A DNA stretch of 64,000 nt from Eledone cirrhosa (Eukaryota). Numbering within the stretch: the stretch's first letter is position 1; every line of letters starts with the position of its first letter. The notes below the pieces were generated by a model that made no database searches, had not been told where the DNA came from, and saw nothing but the letters and a program-made list of their open reading frames with translations. This document shows, piece by piece, positions 28,428 through 41,911 of the stretch. Made by a program: the position numbers and the translations under genes. The DNA lies in NCBI GenBank assembly GCA_964016885.1, contig OZ024753.1, forward strand, positions 39,742,001-39,806,000. Reading direction: 5' to 3'.

Positions 28428-28491
28428 CAGCAAGTGCTAACCTGGCTTCAAGGTGCGATGCACAAAAAGGATTTCCTACATCATCGCTCAC

Positions 28492-28583
28492 CATTGATGT
28501 GCATCAAAATGGTCGAATATTCCAGATTCATGTAGCACACCAATAGCTGATCTCCAGTGATGGTTTTCAAGAACTGATGCATT
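28492..28583 (-). CDS. PDE7: PDE7-like exon ([31 protein letters not shown])
   Basis: [11 protein letters not shown] motif typical of PDE7; ccag| and |gtgag. Confidence 0.95.
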
Positions 28584-29252
28584 CTGGAACCAACAAAGAA
28601 AAAGAAGAAGAAAAAAAGAAAAAAGAGGGGGAAAATCAGTATTAGGAAAGGAAGAAAGTTCCTATATGAAATTATGTTGGTAGATTTTAATTTAAATAGG
28701 AACCACATTATGACTAGAAAACAATAGATAATTGTTATAGTTAGTATATATAGTTAGTATATGTAGTTAGTACATAAGAAAACAATAGATAATTGTTATA
28801 GTTAGTATATATAGTTAGTATAGTTAGTATATGTAGTTAGCATATAAGAAAACAATAGATAATGGTTTCTACTTTAGGCACAAGGCCAGCAATTACCCAG
28901 TGCATTACTGGTACTTTATTTTATCGACCCCGTAAGGATGAAAGGCAAAGTCAACCTCGGCTGGATTTGAACTCAGTTCGTAAAAGGACGTAACTATGCT
29001 GGAAAGCATGGCGTCCGACCCTCTACCGATACTGCCAATCCACCGCCCAAGAAAACAATAGATAATGGTTATAGTTAGTATGTATAGTTAGTATAGTTAG
29101 TATATATAGTTAGTATATAAGAAAACAATAGATAATGGTTATAGTTAATATACTTTGATAATAGCCTTGTTCAATCAGTGTTGACCATGGGGGTAAAGAA
29201 AAAGAACGCCAATAACAACAACAGCAACAACAACAACAGTAGGATTACTTAC

Positions 29253-29384
29253 TTCGTAAAGGGAAGCAAGGACATTAGTCGTTGCTATGAGGTATGTTTG
29301 GTTGACTCCTGGATGATCCAAGTCGTGCATCATAGAGGCAAAAAGAGCAGCCATTGCTTCTATTGGAAGTACACAGTTAAGTAG
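29253..29384 (-). CDS. PDE7: PDE7-like exon (LLNCVLPIEAMAALFASMMHDLDHPGVNQTYLIATTNVLASLYE)
   Basis: HDLDHPGVNQ metal-binding motif; tttcag| and |gtaagt. Confidence 0.96.
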
Positions 29385-29430
29385 CTGAAAAGGATGAGAG
29401 AAAAGAGATATTATATATACATACATATAT

Positions 29431-29465
<35 letters not shown>

Positions 29466-29572
29466 CATACATACACACATATATACATACATACAAGATA
29501 TATATCAAGCGTTAACCTAATATATCCCATGCTTATACTGTACCGATTGTGTTGTTATTTCTGTTTACCTTT

Positions 29573-29629
<57 letters not shown>

Positions 29630-29759
29630 GTGAGGTTTTTTTACAAAATGAAAAATAACCGAGGTGTCCTACACGAGTGAAAGTATAAAGAAAAAAAGAT
29701 GAAATCGAAAATGCAACTGGAGTCTTATTTAAAAAAATATATATATATTTATTTGGTTC

Positions 29760-29797
29760 CTTTACCGGTTTCGCAGTTCTTCTGCTTTTCAAAAGTA
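29760..29797 (-). ncRNA. Degenerate minimal hammerhead (family G)
   Basis: CUU-UUGAAAA-GCAG(AAGAA)CUGC-GAAACCGGUA/AAG; CUGANGA box mutated. Confidence 0.45.
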
Positions 29798-29948
29798 GAG
29801 TTGAGATGGAAGGTCTGTGGTTTTTCTCACATCATATATATATATATATGTGTGTGCGTATCTCGGGCTCAATCGGGGGTAACCACAGTAAGTAAGGGCT
29901 TTCTTGATGATTTCCTTCAAATGAATCAGCTCTGGTTATGTAGAAGCT

Positions 29949-30001
<53 letters not shown>

Positions 30002-30133
30002 CGAAGGAAATGTGGTAAGGAACCAGGTGGACCATAACGCACCAAAGTACTCAATACTTGGGGTAGTAGAGTGGGTAATAGGAACCAGTAAGACCCCGAC
30101 GGTTGAGCTCAAGCCGTCGGGGTCTTACTGGTT

Positions 30134-30184
<51 letters not shown>

Positions 30185-30400
30185 GGCAACACTCAACTTT
30201 TTCCATTTCTCCGAGGGTTATAAACCCCACTATCAGGCTAGAAATTTCTTTAGTCTAAAAATACGGTGAAAGCTTATAATTTCTAATTTCAAACTCGCGC
30301 ACCATTTCAAAAACATACTTACATGTTTACGTTTATAATTTGCTTATATATATATATATATATTTTCTTGTGTATATATATATATATATATATATTTTCT

Positions 30401-30437
<37 letters not shown>

Positions 30438-30628
30438 ATAGTCAGGACACTGACGGCTGAGCTCCAGCCGTTTCGACAATATATATGTATATATATGTAT
30501 ATATATATAGTTCTTAATGTGTGTGTTTATGTGTGTTTGTGTGTGTTTGCTTAAGTGTGTGTGTATGTGTGCGTGTATATGTATGTTTATGTAAGTATGT
30601 GTGTGTGTGTGTGTGTGTGTGTTATTAC

Positions 30629-30729
30629 CTCTTTCTCTTTCAGGTAACAATGCATTGCCTGGGTAACATCAGCTGCGTGTAGTGAGTTGTGGTACGGATT
30701 GCTGTCATGGTAACCTTCTTCTATTGAAC
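30629..30729 (-). CDS. PDE7: PDE7-like exon ([33 protein letters not shown])
   Basis: [18 protein letters not shown] catalytic motif. Confidence 0.96.
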
Positions 30730-30989
30730 CTAGGATGATAGATAGATAGATTGATAGATTGATTGATTGATGTAATCATTAATCATTTCTAACAAGATGA
30801 TGAATATGATGGTGATGATGATGATGTTGATAACATTTATTTCTAAGTTAGGTACGAGGTCAGCCAATATGAGAGAAGGGCAAACCTAGTATTTGATGAA
30901 AAGCAAAGTTTACCTCGACAGGATTTGAACTTAAAACGTAAAGAGTCAGGTCTAATACTGAGATGTATTCATGTCCTGAAGCTAGATCC

Positions 30990-31410
30990 CGCCCTCAATG
31001 CTAGCTGCCGCCTCATCACAGGCTGCCTGAAATCTACACCTACGGATCATCTGCAGACATGGGCCCCAGTAGAGATATGACGAAATGCAGCAAGCAATAA
31101 AGAGCGTCAACAATCGACTACAGATCAAAAACATCCCCTCTTTGGTTATGTGCCAGCTAAAAGCCGCCTTAAATCCAGGAAAAGTTTCCTAAAGAGCATC
31201 ACACCCCTTGGAATATCAAGCATAAGTAGTGAAAGAGCCACTTGCTGGGAAAATAACTTAGCAGCCTCCCATCTGTAACAATAATGGAGCTAAAGGCGAG
31301 CGAGCCACAGCCCCTCGGAGCAGATACAAACTATGCAGTGTAGAAATGCCTCAACAGACTAAGATCTGGTGTTGGGCTTGCAAAAGTCAATCTTGCAAAA
31401 TGGGGGTTGA
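30990..31410 (+). mobile_element. Decayed Vingi/Ingi-like LINE ORF fragment
   Basis: CRLITGCLKST, HPLFGY...SRLKSRKSF and CLNRLRSGVG...NLAKWG motifs across frameshifts. Confidence 0.6.
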
Positions 31411-32214
31411 CTACGAAGGGGTGATGCTAGTTTTGTGAAACCTTACATGCATTAATTTCAGCTCTTTTTATTAATAATTGCATTGTTTTCTTTCGAAGGA
31501 CCATGTCGAAAAATAAACCTTATTTGGTCCCTTGCATGAATTGTTTTATTTATCCATGTTGAAAAATAAGTCTCATTTAGTCATTCCATGAGAATATCTT
31601 GGTCAGCCTATGAACTTTTCAACCAACCCTCGTATATATTCTTCTTTTATAGAATTCTCTCATTGGATTGATGTAATGCTAAGGCAGCACTTTCACCCAC
31701 TAAATCTTTACTATTCTACCCGACATTCTAACAACTCTGCAAATATATATTATTCTTTTACAGATTTCTCTCACTATAATGGTACCATGCTAAGGTACCG
31801 CATTCAACTACTAACCCTTTACAAAGTTAAGTCTCAAACTGGACTCCTGGTCCCATATTTGGGTATCCTAGACAGCATTCAAACCAAGATCATTCGTCTG
31901 TATTGGCAAATGTTATGGTATTTCTATGATAAATTATGTGACAAAATTAAATAAAACTCTGTAAGTTGACATCACACACCAGGTTACATATTTTCATATA
32001 TTTACTACTCTTATTAACATGTTCAATATCTACCAAGAAACACCTAAACACATAGGTATATACCTACAGAAAGAAGCCATTTCTATAATATATAATATAT
32101 ATGTAATATATTATATATATATGAACACACGTACATTCACATGTATATATATACACACACACACACACATATATGCATGTGTGCATGTGTACATGCATAC
32201 ATATGGACATTTAT

Positions 32215-33965
32215 GTATATAAATATATATATATATATCTTTATATATATATCTCTTCATATATATATATATATCTTTATATATATATATATATATATAT
32301 ATATCTTTATATATATATCTCTTCATATATATATATATATATATCTTTATATATATATCTCTTCATATATATATATATCTTTATATATATATATATATAT
32401 ATTTAAATATATATATCTTTATATATATATATATATCTTTATATATATATATATATATATTTAAATATATATATCTTTATATATATATATATATCTTTAT
32501 ATATATATATATATATATTTAAATATATATATCTTTATATATATATATCTTTATATATATATATCTTTATATATATATATCTTTATATATATATATATCT
32601 TTATATATATATATATATATATATCTTTATATATATATATATATATATATCTTTATATATATATATATATATATCTTTATATATATATATATATCTTTAT
32701 ATATATATATATATCTTTATATATATATATCTTTATATATATATATATATATCTTTATATATATATATCTTTATATATATATATATATATCTTTATATAT
32801 ATATATATATATCTTTATATATATATATATATCTTTATATATATATATATATATCTTTATATATATATATATATATCTTTATATATATATATATATATCT
32901 TTATATATATATATATATATCTTTATATATATATATATATCTTTATATATATATATCTTTATATATATATCTTTATATATATATATATATCTTTATATAT
33001 ATATATATATATCTTTATATATATATATATATATCTTTATATATATATATATATATATATATATCTTTATATATATATATATATATATATCTTTATATAT
33101 ATATAAATGGATATATATATATATGAATATATATAAATAAATGAATATATATAAATAAATGAATATATATATATATAAATGGATATATATATATATATAA
33201 ATGGATATATATATATATATATAAATGGATATATATATATATATATAAATGGATATATATATATATATATAAATGGATATATATATATATATATATATAA
33301 ATGGATATATATATATATATATAAATGGATATATATATATATATATATAAATGGATATATATATATATATAAATGGATATATATATATATATATAAATGG
33401 ATATATATATATATAAAAGGAGATATATATATATATAAAAGTAGATATATATATATATAAATGGAAATATATATATATAAATGAATATATATACATATAT
33501 AAATGAATATATATACATATATAAATGAATATATATATATATATATAAATGAATATATATATATATATATAAATGAATATATATATATATATAAATGAAT
33601 ATATATATATAAATGAATATATATATATATATAAATGAATATATATATATATATAAAGGAATATATATATATATATATAAATGAATATATATATATATAA
33701 AGGAATATATATATATATATATATAAATGAATATATATATATATATATATAAATGAATATATATATTTAAATGAATATATATATATAAATGAATATATAT
33801 ATATATATAAATGAATATATATATATATATAAATGAATATATATATATATATAAATGAATATATATATATATATAAATGAATATATATATATATAAATTA
33901 ATATATATATATATATATATAAATGAATATATATATAAATGAATATATATATATATATATATAAA

Positions 33966-34040
<75 letters not shown>

Positions 34041-34065
34041 GAATATATATATATATATATATAAA

Positions 34066-34112
<47 letters not shown>

Positions 34113-34401
34113 GAATATATATATATATATATAAATGAATATATATATATATATAAATGAATATATATATATATATAAATGAATATATATATATATAAAT
34201 GAATATATATATATATAAATGAATATATATATATATAAATGAATATATATATATATATAAATGAATATATATATATATATATAAATGAATATATATATAT
34301 ATATATAAATGAATATATATATATATATATAAATGAATATATATATATATATATAAATGAATATATATATATATATATAAATGAATATATATATATATAT
34401 A

Positions 34402-34450
<49 letters not shown>

Positions 34451-34626
34451 GAATATATATATAAATATAAATGAATATATATATAAATATAAATGAATAT
34501 ATATATATATAAATGAATATATATATATATAAATGAATATATATATATATAAATGAATATATATATATATAAATGAATATATATATATATATATAAATGA
34601 ATATATATATATATATATAAATGAAT

Positions 34627-34665
<39 letters not shown>

Positions 34666-34812
34666 AATGAATATATATATAAATGAATATATATATATAT
34701 ATAAATGAATATATATATATATATAAATGAATATATATATAAATGAATATATATATATATATATATATAAATGAATATATATATATATATATAATTATAT
34801 ATATACATATAT
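32215..34812. repeat. (TA)n array with CTT, AATGG and AATGA interruption domains
   Basis: Direct inspection. Confidence 0.95.
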
Positions 34813-35046
34813 ATTCATATTAATTTTGAAATGTTTGCACGTATGACGCCGAACACGAAACGCACACAACCATATAACGCCACAAACATAACGACAACTA
34901 TAAAACCACACAACCACATAAACACACATCCACACAACCACATAACCACACAACCACATAACCACACAACCACACAAACATACAACCACAGAACCATACA
35001 ACCATACAACCATATAACCATATAGTAAAGAAGATATGTTGCTTAC

Positions 35047-35142
35047 TGAGACACCGCATCAACTTTATAATATCAATGTTGAATATATCTAAGAAACCGT
35101 AATCTTGGAACAAATGCAGAGCGAGATGGAACAACGATTTCC
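35047..35142 (-). CDS. PDE7: PDE7-like exon (GKSLFHLALHLFQDYGFLDIFNIDIIKLMRCL)
   Basis: SL..L..HLF..YG....F..D..KL motif; ccacag| and |gtaagc; phases 1/1. Confidence 0.92.
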
Positions 35143-35987
35143 CTGTGGAGAAGAGGAAATAAAAAGGAGATAATATCGTATATAGTGTTATTATATATAA
35201 CAGCAGTTACAGAACAGTCTTACTGAAATAATTCATTTCTTTCACTAAATATACAGACAAAAGCAAAAATTAAGTCAAGTTGTATCTTGTACTCGTTCGG
35301 TTATTTATTTGTAGTAGTAGCAGTGGTGATAATAGTAGTAGTAGTAGTGGTAGTAGTCATAATAATAGTAGTAGTAGTAGTAGTAGTAGTAGTGATAGTA
35401 GTAGTGGTTGTGATTGTATGTATGTATGGACGTAACTTCCGAAACACTCGTAGGGGCATCACAATGACATACAGTAAGTATATCAAGGGCATTTTCTAAA
35501 ACCTGGCGACACCCATCTCTTATTCAGGTCTAAATATTGCAGATTTCTTCCCGAGAAGGATAGAGATTTAGAGAATGGAAGTAAGAAAGAGCTATAGAGG
35601 AAGAATCAGCCCCAGTACTAGGTTGGTATTTTTTTTATCGACCCCTAAAGGATGAAAGGTAAAGTTGTCCTTGGCGGGATTTGAACTCAGAGAGGCCGGT
35701 CGAATATTGCAAAACATTCTATCCAACGTGGTCTCGTATCGATGAAAGGCAAAGTTGACCTCGATGGGATTTGAACTCAGAGGTCAGAGACCCGGGTCGA
35801 ATACTGCGAAACATTTTATCCAACATGGTCTCGTATCGATGAAAAGCAAAACTGACCTCGGCGGGATTTGAACTCAGAGGTCAGAGACCGGGGTCGAATA
35901 CTGCGAAACATTTTATCCGGTGTTCTAACAACTCTGCTAATTCGTTGCCTTATTGGTTGTGATTAATAGCAGAATAAAAGAGTAAAA

Positions 35988-36091
35988 TACAGGGTGTCCC
36001 CCAAAATGTATACACACTTCAACAACATTTTAATAAATATTACCTGTCCAGGTAATCGAAGTGTGTATACAATTTTTGTGGACATCCTGTA
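35988..36091. mobile_element. Tc1/mariner-type MITE; relatives 10254-10334, 59490-59705
   Basis: TA-CAGGGTGT terminal inverted repeats of ~30 bp. Confidence 0.7.
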
Positions 36092-36101
36092 GTAAGAGTG
36101 T

Positions 36102-36387
36102 CTAAAGTCTAAAGTCTGTCTTAAGCCAGAAGGCTCATTTGGCCGGTACTTATCCCGGTTTCATGGCGTTAAGCGACTGAGAGTACAAGATTCCCCCCTG
36201 GACAGGACGCCAGTCAATCGCAGGGTTAAACCCCCAGCTATTGCTGGTACTCATTTTCAGCTGAGTATACTGGAGCAACGTGAAATGAAGTGTTTTGCTC
36301 AAAAACACAACACGCAGCCCAGGAAGCGAACCCACGACATTATGATCGTAAGTCCAACACTCTTACCACTAGGCCACGTACCTCCAC
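36102..36387 (-). mobile_element. tRNA-derived SINE with V-domain-like segment; partial copies 13315-13415, 55619-55760
   Basis: TGGCCTAGTGG / GGTTCG boxes, CCCTGCGATTGACTGGCGTCCTGTCCAGGGG, flanking AGTAAGAGTGT duplication. Confidence 0.7.
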
Positions 36388-36421
36388 AGTAAGAGTGTAT
36401 AGCAAAGAAATTCCAACTTAC

Positions 36422-36485
36422 CTGCTATTAGCTTATCAAAGTTGAAAATATCAAATGACCAGTTATCAACTGTAGATAACACACG
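36422..36485 (-). CDS. PDE7: PDE7-like exon (RVLSTVDNWSFDIFNFDKLIA)
   Basis: V.NW.FDIF.FD motif; ttacag| and |gtaag. Confidence 0.92.
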
Positions 36486-36674
36486 CTGTAAAGAAAGATA
36501 AGAATAATCTTTAAAATCACCACAAACAAGCAACAACAAAAACATCTTAATGCTATTGTCAATGGAATATAACCAGCCAAGCTTACACTATATGCACATT
36601 ATCATTTCCAGCCGATGTTTTGCTATATGCAAATGAGCATCTCCCGCAAGTGGTCATCACGCAACATTCTTTTT

Positions 36675-36859
36675 CAGGGTTTCCCAAACTTTTTCAAACG
36701 CGGAACCTTATTTGGTTCGGAAACCTTTGGGGCAACTCCAAAGTCTAATACAGTTATATGGTCGTAATATAATTAAACTCCTATAACTTTTTTCATGGAA
36801 CCCCAGATACTCCTTTGCAGAACCCTTGGGTTACCTGGGACCCAATTTGGAAACCACTG
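36675..36859. mobile_element. hAT-Charlie-like MITE
   Basis: CAGGGTTTCCCAAA ... TTTGGAAACCACTG termini. Confidence 0.5.
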
Positions 36860-37109
36860 CTCTGTATAGACTATAGTCTATTTCATGCCAGTACGTTTTG
36901 AATAAGTGTCACTGTGAAAGATTAACAAATCTTGAAACAGCACTGTCTGACATTCTCAAAACATACTGGAAAATCTGGGACATATTTGATCTCACCATCT
37001 TACGATTCTGAGCTCAACGTTCTAATCACTTGGTTAGAATATCATTAATCATAAATTTTACTGGCGCTAAACAACAACAATAACAAAAACAAAGGCGGGA
37101 CAGCTTCAG

Positions 37110-37145
<36 letters not shown>

Positions 37146-38111
37146 ATAATAGCAACAGCAGTAACATCAGCAGGGAAAACAACATATACGTCTTATTATA
37201 TAGCGTCCTTCACACAGAGAATGTCAGAACGTTGATTTTTTGAGAGAAGAAGAACTAATATAATTGTTTGCATAGCTAAAAAATGTGTATGAGAATATAT
37301 TTGGCGAGGAAAATGTTTGTTGGGAATGCATTGAGTTAATAAATTCGGGACACTCATATTACTGGCAGACTAACAATAGCTACTTTGTTGATTAATATAC
37401 ACACACGCGCGCGCATATATATATATATATATATAAAACATAAACACACACAATACAATACAATACAATACAATATAATATAATATAATATAATATAATA
37501 TAATATAATAATTCAAAATGTTAACAAATATAGACATTCGTGTGATCAAGTATATTTTATTATACATATTTCAGAGGTACTGAGCTATCTTCAACAGTAC
37601 GTCCTCATCAGATAAAATAAGATGATGCTTGACATACCTTGACTATGTAGATGGTTAAAATTCAGTCATGACAGTGAATAAGTTAAGACAAAACTCCTAT
37701 ATATATATATATATATATATAACACAAACACACAATACAATACAATATGATATAAATGTTTCTACTTTAGGCACAAGGCCAGCAAATACCCAGTACATTA
37801 CTGGTACTTTATTTTATCAACCTCGTAAGGATGAAAGGCAAAGTTAACCTCGGCGGGATTTGAACTCAGACTGTAAAGGGACGTAACTATGCTAGAAAGC
37901 ATGGTGTCCAACCCTCTACTGATACTGCCAATATATAATATTCTCTACTTCGGTATTGAACACTGTTACCTTATGTTTCTAGCCCTCCTTTCCACACAGA
38001 GAGAGAGAGAGAGAGTGGTAAAATCCCGACTGTTCTATAACTACTCTGCATCTCCCTATTCATGATTAGTGGTTTCCCCGGTTTCAGCACCACATACTTT
38101 CTCTCCCTCCT

Positions 38112-38268
<157 letters not shown>

Positions 38269-39575
38269 AGAGAGAGAGATAATGAGTAGGAAGGAATGTG
38301 AAGGAGGGAGACAATTTGGATAGAGAACGATAGTTATTCGATTGATTTGGTGAATTAAAGCAGACTTGTACTTTGGCAAAGGGTAAGATTTAATAAAACT
38401 ATATTGTTCAATATATTTATCGATCCCAAATCTATTCTGCTGTATGAACATGTAAACGGGTAGTTGCGTAAGAAAAATGTACCAGTATTGACATATATGT
38501 TTTAACTATATTGAAATTAATACCTAACCGAATTATCATTAGTATAGTTGCACCTATTGGCCAGGCTGCCAATACTAGTGGGCGTATAGTAGCTTTAGTC
38601 GACTGAACTGTCTCCCAACACCAAACTTGTGGCTTTGTGCCAACACCAGAATTAATTATAAATTCTTAAACCTTTCATCCTTCCTGGATGGGTAAAATAA
38701 AGTACCAGTCAAGTACATTATTCTATCGACCTTCGGTCAAGTGACCAATTTAACTGACTAACTCTTTCACCCCATGTAATTTTGTGGCGTACGAGGTTTG
38801 GCTGAAATTTGTTTAGTTTAGGCTGATTCTGAAGGAGGGATGCTAGTCCTGTGAATTCTTGCATGTATTAATTTCAACTCTTCTTATTAATAACTGCATA
38901 TTCAAATTCCGCAGGAGGTAAACTTTGCTTGTTTTGATAAAATATCAGTCTATGGTGATAGATTAATGAAATTCTTTGAAAGTCGGGCAAGATATTAGCG
39001 GGGAAAGTGTTTCGTTCTGAATTCAAATTTCACGTAGAACCAACGGCCTTCTCATGGCGAGAAATGTCGGAGGCTTCGTGTTCTGTTAACAACATTAAGC
39101 TTTCTGTGTCATACGGAGCGACGCGTTGATTGTAAAAACAAACAACCCTGCACAGAAGCGAGTTAAACATTACGATAGAAAAAAAAAGTATTAATCCCTT
39201 AGAGGACATGGGATTAAAAGATTCTTTAGAGCCATGGAAAAAATGATTCGTTGGATTGAGTTAAGGCTGTACTTGAGTTAATGTTGTACTTTCAAATCTC
39301 GCCGGGGTCTGTTTTACATTTTATCATTCCGGTGTGCCTGTGTTAGAAATCATTGTAGATGATAAAGAAAAAAAAAGATAGAGGAGAGAAAAACTTCATC
39401 CAGAGAAGTACACAGAGTGAGAGAAAGAAATGAGAAAGATATATAGAGGGCGAATCGACCCCAGTATGGGACTGGTTCCTTTATTAATCGACCTTGAAAG
39501 GATCGAACTCAATAATGAACCGGTCCAAATCCAACGGACATTTTAATGAGATGAAGCCATGCATTGTGAACTTAC

Positions 39576-39712
39576 CCGAGCCTGTTCATTGTACTGAACA
39601 TCCAACAATGATGCATTCTGGGAAGAAAACCTCAACACGGGTCTCCTTTTCCTTCGAATTTTGTGAAGACTTAAGAATTTCAAACCTATCCGGCCCTGAC
39701 AGCGGGAAGCAC
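39576..39712 (-). CDS. PDE7: PDE7-like exon (ASRCQGRIGLKFLSLHKIRRKRRPVLRFSSQNASLLDVQYNEQAR)
   Basis: LLD..Y..QA motif immediately before catalytic domain; ttgtag| and |gtaag; phases 1/0. Confidence 0.85.
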
Positions 39713-40296
39713 CTACAATATAAGATAAAATATATATTTAAACATCGAGATCAAAACTGAATCTAAGTCAAACTTTTATACTATTTGAAAGATTATTTAT
39801 TTATTTATTTATTTTTTTACTAATTCTCTTTCGAACGCAGGTACATACACATACCCACTTTCACACCACACCCACTCTGTATTTGGTGGCTATGGCGAAA
39901 GAATTAGTATAGTGTTCTTCTTCTTTCGTCAGAAGACAATTCTATTCAATATATTCCAGCCGTGACCATCCATCCATCCCATCCCGTCTTTTAGAGATGT
40001 GTAGGACAATGTTATATATGAAGTATCATTCTTTGTCTAAGATGGTAGGATGGGATTTGAAGGAAATTTGACGGCTATTTCTTTGTGCAAGGAAACAAGG
40101 TCTACACTATCCATGTTTTTCTTTAAGACGGTCGAGTGTGATTTGAGGGAAATTTTGTTGCTATTTCTAACAGTAAGAACCACAGCATAGAGGCTCAATT
40201 ATTGGCTTGTTTCATTATTGTAATCGAATTAAAAGGCTTTAATTTGGAATCCAAAAAGGATTTATCGCTTAAATACTGAATATATAATATATTTAC

Positions 40297-40377
40297 CTTC
40301 TATGTCTTTTAAATCCAGATCGAATCTCTTTTTGTGATCACTGCTTTCTTTGTGCTTACACTTCACTCTTTCATCAC
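40297..40377 (-). CDS. PDE7: PDE7-like exon (GDERVKCKHKESSDHKKRFDLDLKDIE)
   Basis: Resembles vertebrate PDE7 GDVRV segment; ccag| and |gtaaat; 81 nt phases 1/1. Confidence 0.78.
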
Positions 40378-40518
40378 CTGGCGAAGAGAAAGATATAGAA
40401 TTAGAGAATGAGTTAGAGAGATAGTGTGGTATATATATATATATATATATATACCACACTGTGTTTAGAATGAGAAAATGGGAAGTAGTTTCACATATTA
40501 AAGTCCTTTATTGGTAAT

Positions 40519-40593
40519 GCTGTGGTACATATTTCAATGACGACAGTGGCCACACGATTCCGTGAACCCAGTGCCGTGACATCATCAGACAGC
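40519..40593 (-). ncRNA. Degenerate hammerhead with long stem II (family H)
   Basis: GCUGU-CUGAUGA-(UG..ACGGCA.UGG / CCA.UGUCGU.CA)-GAAAUAUGUA-CC-ACAGC; between (TA)n tracts. Confidence 0.5.
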
Positions 40594-40645
40594 TTCTTAT
40601 ATAATAAGGTTACATTCCCAAGGCAATCTAAACAGATTCATGAAG

Positions 40646-40682
<37 letters not shown>

Positions 40683-41020
40683 GAAAGAGTCAGGACCCCG
40701 ACGGCTAAGCTCCGGCCGTTTCGACAGCTAGATCCGAACTTACCCAACAGTATTCTGGGTTAGTACTGATGGGTTAGTTCGGATCTAGTTGTCGAAACGG
40801 CCGGAGCTCAGCCGTCGGGGTCTTAACTCTTTTCCTATTACCCACTCCACTGCCCTAAGTATAGAGGACTCTGGTGCGTTATGGTCCACCTGGTTTCTTA
40901 CCACAGTTTCATTATGTAATATATGTATAAAGAAAGTGCCCAAGTGCAGAAATACTATAAATATAGCTTATAAAGAAGGTTGAACACCCTTAAAAGTGTA
41001 CGTGCGAGCATCTGTATGTG

Positions 41021-41066
<46 letters not shown>

Positions 41067-41088
41067 GTGTGTGTGTGTGCACGCGTGC

Positions 41089-41120
<32 letters not shown>

Positions 41121-41149
41121 TGGAGATAGGTATGTGTATGATTATGTAA

Positions 41150-41191
<42 letters not shown>

Positions 41192-41853
41192 GTAATCATC
41201 TTAATTCCTGGAATTCTATGTCAGATGATCTACTAGCTTCATGAATCTGAAATCTCATATCTGCTGATGTCAGTATATTTCAAACGAGCTATACAAACAA
41301 CTTGATGTTATCTCTCTACGGAATCTTCCAGAAACGAATTCCCATTGATAATCTACTTGATATTTTTTTTAATATTAAATTGTATATATATATATATATT
41401 TATGTGTTGTATATATTTATATAATGTGTTTATTTGAATATTTTATATATATATATTTCAAGCATTGTATATATGTTTGTATATTTTTATATTTTAATCA
41501 TTGAATATAGTTTTATATATTTTAATCATTAAAAAAGTTCATGTTTTAAAGAATAATTGTGAATCGACTAGTCCACACATGCGCGCACGCACGCACACAC
41601 TCACACACACTCACTTATTGAGTGAAATTAATCAGAAGATAGTAGTTATCAACTTTTCTGAAAATGAATTAATGAATATAAAATATAGAGCGTAAATTGC
41701 AATGAGAGGACTCCTCCCCTCCTCACTCTAGCCCACATTACCCCACTCAATTCAACTCCATCCAGCCCTACATCTGGCCCACCCTAAGGAAATAATGTCA
41801 TTCTGAGATTTAATTGAGAAGTTAACCGAATAAATATAGAAGACTTAACTTAC

Positions 41854-41911
41854 CAAGTGTTCCCACGTATATTGTATCTTTGTCAGATGTTTGACAGGAA
41901 ACATCGGCCGT
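41854..41911 (-). CDS. PDE7: PDE7-like exon (TADVSCQTSDKDTIYVGTL)
   Basis: Resembles PDE7 S.D....Y..ML-GD segment; ttttag| and |gtaag; phases 0/1. Confidence 0.72.

Noticed and set aside
28420-28490. Intronic box C/D snoRNA on minus strand
   Set aside because: Imperfect C box, no terminal stem, directly at the splice donor
33093-34808. 571 aa IY-rich ORF
   Set aside because: Artefact of the (TA)n array
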